This document shows, in pieces, positions 38,242 to 47,880 of a stretch of 64,000 nucleotides of DNA. A program made the translations under genes and the position numbers. How positions within the stretch are numbered: the stretch's first letter is position 1; the number at the start of each line of letters is the position of its first letter. The stretch spans positions 151,871 through 215,870 of the forward strand of contig JAYQOB010000008.1 of NCBI GenBank assembly GCA_038144595.1, given 5' to 3'. Source of the DNA: Candidatus Poseidoniales archaeon. Its GTDB lineage: Archaea > Thermoplasmatota > Poseidoniia > Poseidoniales > Poseidoniaceae. The notes under the pieces were generated by a model that was not told the DNA's origin, searched no databases, and saw only the letters and a program-made list of their open reading frames with translations.

Positions 38242-40046
38242 CGGATTATCTGATTCACCCCATTGAATAAGGATTGAACAATGTACCAATTGGATTAATT
38301 AAAATTCATTCGCATTAAGCATTCGTTAGGATCATCTTGTGATTTGGGAAATGCTTGGAAAAAAGCAGAGAAATGGCCATCAGAAGATCCTGAACCTTCC
38401 GCATCTGTTGTCAAAAGAAAAGAGAGCGCTTCATCAAACATGACGCAATATCGTTTGGGATTTATTCCAACTCATGATCAAGGACAAGTCTTTCGTAATT
38501 GTTCTCCATGGACTGGGAAAAAAATGCTGGAGGGTATTTCCCGGCACTACGAGGACTTAATGGGTGCATATTGATCCCGTTGAAACCATCTTCGACGATG
38601 TTTCGACCCTTCAGTGGGCTAATGAGATGAAGAGGTGTCAATTTGATTGAGACATCAATCATAACAGATGAGATTAATCAGTCGTCTGGCAAAGGCGTTA
38701 GACAAGTGAAGAAATTCAAAATTCGATATTTCTTGCGAAAGTCAACAAATACTCAATTTGAAGAAAATTGTATTCCAAATTCAGCAACGGGAATGCACAA
38801 ATTCCATTCCTTGGATGATTTCGACTGAGTTTTGATGATTCCAACAAACAAATGCCAATGCATCAAATTCTAATCCGTTCTCGGTTTCTGCTTCCCAAGC
38901 GAGATTCACACTGAATTAGCCGAAACAAATGAACATTTAATTGTGTTGCAAATCCGTTGATATCAAAATCAACATGGCTTATTTTCGTGGTTTGGTTCAA
39001 GAACTCATGCATCAATCATTGTTGCCCATCAAAACATCCAGTTAACAATTTTCAATTTGTAATCACAAGGATTCGCAGGAAAACACCAATTCGTCGATGA
39101 ATTTGCAGCATGTTTAATGCATGGTTCAATCCGTTAATCGTTTTCTTTTAAATTCCATCACCGATGGATTTCGCTCGGCAGAAATGAGCATTTTCCTCAC
39201 GCTTAAACCAATTTTCAACAACAATCCATTGGACATGCTCCCTGCATCGTTCCATTCTTAGCACCAATTCTGATTCAGCGCTAAACCAACAATCATTATG
39301 AAAAAAAATACGTTCACTCTTTGTGATATGGAAAAGCAGATTCCAGATTGAATGGAACAAGAGGACAAGAATGTTGAAATTTGGACATGCTCATACCATT
39401 TCTTATGAAGATTAAAATCTGAACTCATATTGCAAGATTTATTTTCTTAGGGAAAATTGATGTTCCAGATTGAAATTCATCAGGTCCTGTTAATCTCAAT
39501 CCGTCAATTTTGGACTCGAAAACATTGTGTAAGCATGGAGGACTGCTCACTACACAGGAAAAACGTTATAATCTGAGCAGACAGATGAGTGAAAGGATAA
39601 ATTGGTACTCTGCCGGGATTCAAATGATTATCTCCATGGGCAAATCAATTTTTGGATCCGAGGATGGAAAGGAGAAACATCAACGAAGTATCTCTTTCTT
39701 GCTTGACCATTGTATCGGAATTTGGTTCTCATTGGTTTTTTCACACTTTTGGATTCGGGCACGAGTCCAATTCAAATTTTTCTTCGTCCCAATCATGGAA
39801 TGTGAATTTTCTTGTCGTAGTCGTATTGGCAGATCGTTCACTCTCTGGCTCCTGTAAAAACAACTCCAAAACAAGTGGCGAGAATACCTCTTCATTGGAT
39901 AAAGGGAAAAAAACGACATAAGCACATGGCTCACAATTTCTTGGAATTTAGCAAAACAAAAATCGATTCTTTTCGTCATGTTTCTGCGGCTTGCATTGGC
40001 GAAATCCGTTGATTCAATCTTTATCTAACCGAATGAGGGTCAATGC

Positions 40047-40089
40047 ACAAACCCACTGATTCGTTTTGACCTCATCAGAGGGCTCGCAG
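40047..40089 (-). repeat. Right inverted repeat (43 bp)
   Basis: Minus strand reads CTGCGAGCCCTCTGATGAGGTCAAAACGAATCAGTGGGTTTGT. Confidence 0.92.
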
Positions 40090-40214
40090 TGGGCTTTGTC
40101 ACTAGCCTACCGTCTGCTTAGGTCTCCACGTAGCCGGATCTTTGAGTGAGGAGGTTCCCCTCCGTCACGGCTGTGCCTTGAGAGAGACGGCGGCAGGGCG
40201 TCGAGTTGGTGAAC

Positions 40215-40538
40215 TCAGAGTTTCTCATCGCTGTTGGTCATGAAGTTGCCTTCACTGTCAACGATGATGGGCGTTCCCTCGACCCACTCAGGGCAGTTCT
40301 CTGACACCCAGGTGCGGGTGGCCCATTCACAGATGTCATAGCCGCCAGACAGGATGCCGGAGCGCTTGATGTAGCCGACCTTGACGATGTCCTTGTCCTT
40401 GGAGAGCACGTTGCCCAGCTGCTGGCTGGTGGTGCCATGACGCATGGTGCTGTTGATGTACTCCAGAATCTCTGCAGTGTTTCGTGGTCGATCGCCTAAG
40501 AATTTCTTGATTTTTTCACGGATGCGTGTTGTTTTCAT
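40215..40538 (-). CDS. DUF3860-like small winged-helix protein
   Basis: PRNTAEILEYIN..MRHGTTSQQLGNVLSKDKDIVKVG...SG.Y.ICEWA; SD GGAGG upstream; strongly biased codon use. Confidence 0.75.
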   Translation of the reverse strand: MKTTRIREKIKKFLGDRPRNTAEILEYINSTMRHGTTSQQLGNVLSKDKDIVKVGYIKRSGILSGGYDICEWATRTWVSENCPEWVEGTPIIVDSEGNFMTNSDEKL

Positions 40539-40573
40539 GGTTGGTCCCTCCTGTCATTTTTTGAGCGGCCTGA

Positions 40574-41226
40574 TTGGAAATGTGCCACTAAGGTTGAGGA
40601 GCGAGGCCGCTGATATAATGGTTCCTCCTCGGATGAACGATTTGGTTACGTTTGATGACTCAATTGCGGTGTATTTCCAACACTGCGGTACGAATATGTA
40701 AGTTATTTTTCACAGTTCCACTGGAAATGTATAACTAAATTTAACTTCAAAGATTTTTTATTTGCAAAAGCACTGGCCAAACCACTCCCGGGCATGCCAA
40801 GGTGACTTGTGATGAAACATCGCACCATCCGATCAACCGCTCAACGCCAAATTCTGGTCTGGTTGCGCCATGGTCCCTCAACGGTTTCAGAGATCGCCAA
40901 GCAATTCTCCATGCGAATGCCCCACGCCTCGCTTGCATGCCGACAACTGAGAGAGGCTGGGCTGATAACACGAGACGAACGCGGAGGGCTTCGAAACGCG
41001 CCCATCTACCTGAGCCAGTTCGGTCATGAACGGCTCGAAGAGGACGCGCTCGGAAAAATGCAGCAGTATGCGGGGGCTCTCGCCTCATCTCGCCATCCCT
41101 TGGTGCTTCATGCCGATGAGACCAACGTGCTCCTTGCTTACATGGAACCCCCTGAATCCTCCTTCGTTTTCGTCGGCGAACGACCAGGTGATGGCTCCAC
41201 TTCCTCCAGTGGAAATTTAGGGGGGG
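40574..41226. other. Candidate replication origin (ORB-like boxes plus AT-rich tract)
   Basis: TCCAGTGGAAATTTAGGGGGGG (41205-41226) and GTTCCACTGGAAAT (40715-40728); half-sites TTGGAAAT at 40574 (+) and 40673-40680 (-); AT-rich 40695-40770; cdc6 about 5 kb away. Confidence 0.5.
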
Positions 41227-43316
41227 CGTGGGTCTTGGCGCCACGCGATGCTGTCACGTGGTACACGCTCAGTGATGCAACCGTTTCTGCACCTCCTGCG
41301 CCGAGAGAATCCAGCACGCTGGCAGCGTTTGAATTGACGCAACAACGCATTGGTTTGGTCCGTGGCGTTGTGCTCGAGCAGCGCGGCCATCGCGGTTTGG
41401 TAGAAGGGCAGTCGTTCACCATGCGTGCACGACCAGGCCTGCCCGGCCCCTCCTTCCTCTCACAAGGTGAAGTTGAGATTGGCACCTTACCGGGGTTGAA
41501 CGAAGGCTATGCACCGTCCGGCGGACTCTTGGCCCACCTTCGGTCCGCTGCCCATCGAACCTTGTTGCTTGGAAACATCACGCATGGCGCCTTTGCGCTC
41601 AGCGACTGTCCTTCCTCCTCACCTGTGCCGTTGCCGTATGCTGTCCTGCTGCACTGGCTTGCATTGAAACACCCGCGCATGGCGTTGGCTCGGCGCCAAG
41701 AACGTTATCTTGAGTTGGTCAAGGAACTTGAGACGAAGGTCAACCAAACGACCTCATCGCTCATGCGTTCACTTCTTCTCGAGTTCGGAGAGCAACAATG
41801 GACCCATGATGTGTTGCGGCCCGGTTGGTTCAACACCCACGGTGTGGGTGAGCGAGCCGTTGTGGCTGTGCTTCACCACGTCATGGAGGTGGGTTGGCTT
41901 CCATTTGTGATGGATTGGGCCTTTGAACAACCGAATCCTCCAGTTTTGTCTCGTTGGCTCACCCACCCGGCCTGCAGAGCGGTGGTGACGCGCCATGGTT
42001 CTCTACCCGAATCAAAGGGGAGCGCCCTGTTGGTTGACGGTCAAGACTTGGGTACGGTTGACGTTGAGTTGAGCAGATCGGTGAAGTTTGACCTCAACCT
42101 GAACCTCGACGAGGTGGAGTCGAATGCTTCTCGCCAACGAATGGATGCGGTGCCGAGCAACGCAGAAGAGTTGTTGACCGCCTCAGTTCGTCATCCAGAA
42201 CAGGTGTTTTCGTCGCCTTCACCGGAGGGATTGACTGGTCAGCGCCTCACCGAAGCGCTCCACCTGTTCCCGACGGGCGATGAGGGCAGAGCCAATGAGC
42301 TGGAATCCACCGACCCACTGGCGTCGTGGATCGCCTCGCCTCCGAAGCATCGTCCTGCCCGGTGGATTCGTCTGCGAGACCGCCTTCCCGGCGGTTGGGT
42401 TGAACTGATGCCCGTCCACGATGTGCCCTTGGCCGATCTTCCCTTTGCCTTGGCTTCAGGCGGGCGTTCATGGCGGCGTCAGGCACTCCAGCGAATTCAT
42501 GCCGAGGCAGCCCACGACATCACCACCGTGCTGCGCTGGCGTCAGCATCTCCAACCGGACGACGGGCATCGTTTTGCTGTGGCCACCTGCATGCTATGTT
42601 CGCTCACCCCTTCGCTTTCAGAGCATGTTGCTCTGTTCGAGGACGCTAGTCGTGCATGGTTTGAGGCTCCCATGAACGAGCAAGATGTGTTGGAATGCCT
42701 CTTCGGGCCGTCCACAACGGGTCACGATCAGGCCTTGCTTCAGCGGTGGATGGACCGTTCCATGCTCCAGCCAAAAGGTTCCATGTTGCGTGCGTGGGCC
42801 ATCGGGTTGGGCATCGCCCAACGCCAGGAACCATGGCTGCCTGAAACAGAGCGAACCCTCATGGAAGTGCTTCCCTCGACGTGGTGGTCACCTTTTGCGC
42901 AGCGTTGGCTCACGACCCAACTGTCCAGTCAAACCGGCCGCACGTGGCTCGCCAACTTCGAGTGCAGTTGGCCTGCCTTGTTGGCCCGAGCCCACGGCGA
43001 GCGTTCCCTCTTCCCCGGCCATGCTGGTGAACACCCCGGCTTCACCCTTGACTCCACCTCGCTTCTTCCGGTTCAACTTCTGCCTGAGGGGGTTGGTAAG
43101 GCGGCATTGACGGACGTGCACGCCATGGTGCATGCGCTTGAACAGGGCGCGCCGGTCCCGGTCCTCTCGACGCATCCGTCGGCGGGTTGGCTGGTCCGTC
43201 CGGTTGAACAATGGCCCGTGTTTGGAAGGGATGTCATGGCCGTGGGGGACCCGGACATCGGCGAGGTGTTGTTCACGCGGAGCTTCCACGCCCGCCATCT
43301 ATCCTCACGCCGATGA
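40812..43316 (+). CDS. Large hypothetical protein with N-terminal ArsR/MarR-like winged HTH
   Basis: QRQILVWLRHGPSTVSEIAKQFSMRMPHASLACRQLREAGLI; the remaining ~750 aa are unrecognised and Trp/Pro-rich. Confidence 0.7.
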   Translation: MKHRTIRSTAQRQILVWLRHGPSTVSEIAKQFSMRMPHASLACRQLREAGLITRDERGGLRNAPIYLSQFGHERLEEDALGKMQQYAGALASSRHPLVLHADETNVLLAYMEPPESSFVFVGERPGDGSTSSSGNLGGAWVLAPRDAVTWYTLSDATVSAPPAPRESSTLAAFELTQQRIGLVRGVVLEQRGHRGLVEGQSFTMRARPGLPGPSFLSQGEVEIGTLPGLNEGYAPSGGLLAHLRSAAHRTLLLGNITHGAFALSDCPSSSPVPLPYAVLLHWLALKHPRMALARRQERYLELVKELETKVNQTTSSLMRSLLLEFGEQQWTHDVLRPGWFNTHGVGERAVVAVLHHVMEVGWLPFVMDWAFEQPNPPVLSRWLTHPACRAVVTRHGSLPESKGSALLVDGQDLGTVDVELSRSVKFDLNLNLDEVESNASRQRMDAVPSNAEELLTASVRHPEQVFSSPSPEGLTGQRLTEALHLFPTGDEGRANELESTDPLASWIASPPKHRPARWIRLRDRLPGGWVELMPVHDVPLADLPFALASGGRSWRRQALQRIHAEAAHDITTVLRWRQHLQPDDGHRFAVATCMLCSLTPSLSEHVALFEDASRAWFEAPMNEQDVLECLFGPSTTGHDQALLQRWMDRSMLQPKGSMLRAWAIGLGIAQRQEPWLPETERTLMEVLPSTWWSPFAQRWLTTQLSSQTGRTWLANFECSWPALLARAHGERSLFPGHAGEHPGFTLDSTSLLPVQLLPEGVGKAALTDVHAMVHALEQGAPVPVLSTHPSAGWLVRPVEQWPVFGRDVMAVGDPDIGEVLFTRSFHARHLSSRR

Positions 43317-43388
43317 GTTGATATGGAGTCGGCCAAAGGCCACATTACCGTACCTGCAACATCAGGCTGAGCGACTGTGAAATGAGCA

Positions 43389-43616
43389 ATGACGTCTGAC
43401 ACCACGTGTACGGCCGCAATCGAAGACTGGGACGACCCTTCGGGGAGTGACTTCCGGTGCAAATGCGGTAAACCATCGGTGGGTTATGGGTCCTTGTGCG
43501 ACGCAAGAATGAACGCAAGACAACCACCTTACCGGACAGTACGCCCCGACACCGAGGGTCAGGCCTCGGAGGAAACTGTGAACAAGGCCGTTAGGTGTTG
43601 GGGCACAGTCCCATGA
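43389..43616 (+). CDS. Possible small Cys-containing protein
   Basis: 75-aa ORF filling the gap, containing C...CKCGK...C; start uncertain. Confidence 0.35.
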   Translation: MTSDTTCTAAIEDWDDPSGSDFRCKCGKPSVGYGSLCDARMNARQPPYRTVRPDTEGQASEETVNKAVRCWGTVP

Positions 43617-43676
43617 TGCCCCTCTCAGCGGGAGACGGGGCGATGACCTCAAAGGCCCGTGGCTGAACCAGCCTTC

Positions 43677-44694
43677 ATGGGAGAGGCGCCCCGCTTCAAC
43701 CGATGCTTGGTGGGCGGTACCTTTGACCGCTCATGCCGGGCATCGTTTGCTCCTTGATGCAGCAGTGCGTGCAGCAGCGCACGTCGAGGTCCACATCACG
43801 AGCGACAAGATGGCTGACCAGAAATCGGTGAACATGCAGTCGTTCGAAACGCGTCAAGACGAGGTGCTCAATTGGGCAGAACGCCATGCACCGCGCCGGG
43901 TTTCTGTCCACGAATTGTCCGATGTCCACGGGCCTGCTCCTCATCATCCCGAAGCCGACTGCATTGTCGCCACACCGGAAACAAAAGCCGAATGCGAGCG
44001 CATCAACCTCAAGCGTGTGGAGCATGGCCTTCCGCCCCTCCACATCGTGGAGGTCGCACATCTTCGGGAGGTTGACGGCGCCATCATCAGTTCAACTCGC
44101 ATTCGAAACGGTTTGGTGGACCCGGACGGCCACCCATGGATGGCCGCAGCATGGAGGCAGGCCGTGCTTCGCATGCACCCGAGGGCCGAACCCGAACTCA
44201 AATCTCCCATGGGGACGCTCTACAAAGGCCCTGAATCTTCACCTGAGATCGCCATGTCGGCGGCCCTTGAGGACCTTGACACCTCCGAAGTGATTCTCAT
44301 CGCTGTGGGCGACGTGACCGTCGCCACGTTGCTGTCGATGGGGGTGGTTCCCGACATGGCGTTTGTCGACGGGCAAACCAAGCGCCAAGCCCTGGACGAG
44401 GAGGACCAAGTCGACCTGTCAAAGTTCCCGCATCGGCTTGGCGCCACCAATCCGGCTGGGGTCTTGACACCAGATTTGCGAGCGGCCATTGAGCAAGCAT
44501 CCACCTTGGAAGAGCCCGTGGTGGTGGTGGTGGATGGCGAGGAGGACCTCGCACCGCTGTACATTCACCTGCATGTGCCGCTCCACGCCGTGGTCCTGTA
44601 CGGCCAACCTCACACCGGCGTGGTGGTTCAGCCCAGCAGCCTTGCGACCAAGATGCGTTGCCGCCGTCTTCTCGAGTTGTTTGAGGTGGAGTGA
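43677..44694 (+). CDS. coaD: Phosphopantetheine adenylyltransferase fused to DUF359 GTP-dependent dephospho-CoA kinase (frameshift near 43731)
   Basis: ATG 43677 gives VGGTFDR[L]HAGH across the shift and ISSTRIR; the C-half has VGDVTV, VDGQTKR, NPAG, DGEEDL, YGQP..G. Confidence 0.88.
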
Positions 44695-45807
44695 ATGGCT
44701 GACCCCTTCGTCTCCATCACCGTGTGCGTACGCGACGGCGCTCACTGGATTGCAGGTTGTTTGGACGCACTCCTCGCGCAAACCTACCCGTCGTTCGAAA
44801 TCCTGGTGGTGAACGACGGTTCAACGGACGATGCTGCGCCGGTGTTGGAGCCCTACCATGACCCCGAGGGGGTGAACGGTGTTCCGCTACGCGTCCACCA
44901 CCAAGCACCCCTTGGATTGTCAGCTGGTCGTCAATGGGCGGTTGAACACGCCAAAGGTGACTGGGTGGCCATCACCGACATTGATGTACGCCCTGAACCG
45001 GACTGGATCACCAATCTGGTGGCCCACATTCATCCCATTGACGAGCGGGAGAAGGTGGTCGCCGTGACGGGTCGCACCGTATTTGAGCAAGCCAACGACC
45101 TCGTCAGTCGCCTTCGTTCGGTTGAAATCGCTGCCAAATATCGGGCTCGCCCCCGAAGGACAAGTTTAGCCAACGGCCCCTGTTCAATGTTCAATCGAGA
45201 AGCCCTCATGGAGGTTGGTGGGTTCGACCCCTCGTGGTACCACGCTGAAGACATGGAGGTGAGCCTCCGCCTTCTTCAGGCAGGAGGGACCATCGTCTAT
45301 GCCCGGGATGCGCTGGTGAAGCACGTGCCCGAAAGCGGTGCCGCTCATTTCCTGGCCAAACGTCGCCGAGACGCTCGTGCGCACGTCCGAATCGTTCGCC
45401 ACCATCCAAAACGGCAACGCAGCGGACCGGGCTTTGATTTTCTAGGCAGTTCCACCATGGTGCTGTGCTTGCTTCCCCTCTGGCTTGCTATCCTCGTATC
45501 GGGTGCACCGTTCCTCCTCGGATTGCTCACCGGGCAATTTGGATTTGACCAAACTGCGTTTGACCATTGGGAGGCTCGTGTGTTGCTTGGAGCCTTCCTT
45601 TTGCTTCTCGTTCACGAATTGCTTCTCTGGCGTGGTCGGTTGGGGGTGGTGAACCGTGAAGTCATGCGCTCGGCACCCACGAACAAGGTTGTCGCTATGC
45701 TCGGCGTTCGCCGTCTCACGTTCCGTTGGAGTCTCGCCCTTTGGCACGGCTTGTTGCTCGGGTTGATCGATGCCCTTCTCGGGCGAAACGGCCACCGTCG
45801 GTCGTGA
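44695..45807 (+). CDS. Glycosyltransferase family 2 with C-terminal TM helices
   Basis: VNDGSTD, TDID, GGFD...AED.E. Confidence 0.9.
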   Translation: MADPFVSITVCVRDGAHWIAGCLDALLAQTYPSFEILVVNDGSTDDAAPVLEPYHDPEGVNGVPLRVHHQAPLGLSAGRQWAVEHAKGDWVAITDIDVRPEPDWITNLVAHIHPIDEREKVVAVTGRTVFEQANDLVSRLRSVEIAAKYRARPRRTSLANGPCSMFNREALMEVGGFDPSWYHAEDMEVSLRLLQAGGTIVYARDALVKHVPESGAAHFLAKRRRDARAHVRIVRHHPKRQRSGPGFDFLGSSTMVLCLLPLWLAILVSGAPFLLGLLTGQFGFDQTAFDHWEARVLLGAFLLLLVHELLLWRGRLGVVNREVMRSAPTNKVVAMLGVRRLTFRWSLALWHGLLLGLIDALLGRNGHRRS

Positions 45808-45813
45808 GCCGAC

Positions 45814-46362
45814 TCAATCGATGTTTTCGTCGCCAGGTGGGACGCGGCTGGCGTGATTCAAGGCCACACCTGCTGCCATGAGGGCGATGGTGACCGAATA
45901 CACGCCAAGGTCAATCCAGCCCTTGTTGGCGAAGCCGAAGTAGAGGTAGAACGCAAGGCCGAGCAAGAGGCACCATGCTGCCATGGTTCGCTGGCCACCG
46001 GCCACCGAGGTGTCGTTGAGGGCCGTCCACGTGTCGTTGATGAGAAGGCCACGGAACCAGTCGGCGACCGGTTGTTGTTGGTTGATGGTCCGGGTGCCCA
46101 AGGCGATGAGGCCTGCGCATCCTGCGATGAAGATGGTGTCGCCAAGGACCTCATAGTGGAAGCCATCCTTTGCCTCACCAAAGGCGGCGTTGGTGGCTTC
46201 GAAGGTGAGCAGGCCGCCCCAAGAGACGTGGTAGGTGGGGTGAATCATGCCAAACATGTTCAGAACGGCGAGCACCAAGCCCCAAAGGCCAACGCACACC
46301 ATCACGGACGCATAAACGGGCACCTTTCCGGTGGTGGATTGGGCGGTTGCATCGTCGCTCAT
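45814..46362 (-). CDS. Hypothetical 4-TM membrane protein
   Basis: Hydrophobicity pattern only. Confidence 0.7.
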   Translation of the reverse strand: MSDDATAQSTTGKVPVYASVMVCVGLWGLVLAVLNMFGMIHPTYHVSWGGLLTFEATNAAFGEAKDGFHYEVLGDTIFIAGCAGLIALGTRTINQQQPVADWFRGLLINDTWTALNDTSVAGGQRTMAAWCLLLGLAFYLYFGFANKGWIDLGVYSVTIALMAAGVALNHASRVPPGDENID

Positions 46363-46430
46363 GGGCCCTGCGACTTGCGAACTGCATTTAAGCACACCGA
46401 AACGGGCGAACGCTGGAGGAAACCGCCACC

Positions 46431-47670
46431 TCACAACGAGGTTTGGTGGTGGTAGTTGGAATTGAACACCGTGCGCATCTCTTCCTCGGCGGTGCCCATG
46501 ATTTCACGGACGTCCACGTTGGCCGGGATGCAGGAATTGATTTCCTTGGAACGACCATAGCGGCCCTTGCTGACCGTGCGTGCGGTGACCAGACCCAGCA
46601 TGTCAAGGTTGGAGATCAAACCGGAAATTCGACGTTGGGTCAGTGGGTTTTGCCGGATGTGCTTGCAGGCTTGGCGGTAAATGTCGTACACTTGGCCGGT
46701 TTGGACGTTGCGCAACCCGTTCTGTTCGTTGAGAAGAATCGCGGCAAGCACCAGTTTTTGTTGGCTGGGGAGGGTGGCGATCACGGGCGTCATCTGGTCG
46801 GATTCAATCTGACTTTGGGCGATGCGGACGTGGTTTTGGTTTACGATGGATTCGCCGGACTGTTCGGCCTTCTCTGCTGAAATTCGCAGCAAGTCCAAGG
46901 CACAACGAGCATCGCCATGTTCCTGTGCAGCCAGCGCCGCACACAACTCGATGACACCGGGTCCAAGGGCCTCGGCGTCAAGTCCTTCTTGGGCGTTGGC
47001 GGAGAATGTCCTGAAGTTGTTCGGCGTCGTAGGGCCGGAACAGCACGTCCAACTGGCCGAGTCGAGAGCGGACACGAGGGTCAAGGAAATCCGTGAACTT
47101 GAGGTCGTTGGAAATGCCGATGACGCACGAGCGGGCGTGCTTGAGCGAGGCGTTCATGCTGGTCAAATTGTACAGCAGGTCGTCGCCAGCCTTGCGAACG
47201 AGGTGGTCAATTTCGTCGAGGACGATCACAAACACACCGCCACGGCGGTCCATTCTTCGAACAAGTTCGTTGAAGACACGGTCGGTTGGCCATCCAGTGA
47301 AGGGGATCTCATCTTGTTCAAAGTCCTCAAGCAGTGAATTTCCGATGTGGCTGAGCACCCGGTACTGCGTGTCGATTTGGCGACAATTCACCATGATGGA
47401 CTCCACCTGTCGACCCATGGTCTGACCCTTGGCTCGAAGGTGGTGGCAGACGTAATCCGTGACCGCTGTCTTTCCGGCACCTGTCACACCGTAGAGTGTC
47501 ATGTTACTGGGGATGTGGCCCTTCAGGGCTTCCCAGAGGTTGTAGGAAATTTTCTCGATCTCTTCCTGTCGGTGAGGAAGTTGAGAGGGGCGGTAATTGT
47601 GACGAAGATGTTCCTTGTTTTTGAAGAGGGTTTTCTGGGAAACAAACTTGTCGAAGATGTTGGTTTCCAT
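46431..47670 (-). CDS. cdc6: Orc1/Cdc6 replication initiator (frameshift near 46990)
   Basis: LPHR.EE, YGVTGAGKT, VLDEID, IGISNDL.F...LDPRVRSRL, F.PY.AEQL.DIL; then GDARCALDLLR and wHTH L..LGL...S.GRYGR in the next frame. Confidence 0.93.
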
Positions 47671-47880
47671 TGAATTTCACCTCCCTATTTATACCAAGGA
47701 CGAGGGAGTCAATTGCCGACTCACCGCCATGAGTTGGCTGAGTCCGAGTCCCCCTTATATGCCTGTCCACGAGGAGGGATGGGAGGCCCTGATTTAGTGA
47801 AGCGTGGACTCCTCAATTGAGGATATAAAGTAAGGGGAGAACGAACGAAAATGAACACTTTCCGAGCCACAAATTTGAGT

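Larger units (their letters stand above)
38143..40140. mobile_element. AT-rich, ORF-poor island bounded by inverted repeats (element type unknown)
   Basis: Spot-counted 60-bp lines give 28-48% GC versus about 58% in the flanking gene. No ORF above 115 aa, terminal inverted repeats present, no transposase or integrase recognised. Confidence 0.55.

Noticed and set aside
40141..40210. GAGGAGGTTCCCCTCC resembling the RNase P RNA P4 5' strand
   Set aside because: There is too little room before the DUF3860-like gene and no matching 3' P4 strand; it is more simply a local hairpin.
43677..44694. CoaD-DUF359 fusion as a novelty
   Set aside because: The two domains catalyse consecutive CoA biosynthesis steps, and I recall similar fusions in Thermoplasmata; treated as housekeeping.
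46431..47670. cdc6 pseudogene or programmed frameshift
   Set aside because: Both halves are fully conserved, there is no slippery heptamer, and the same kind of indel recurs across the window.
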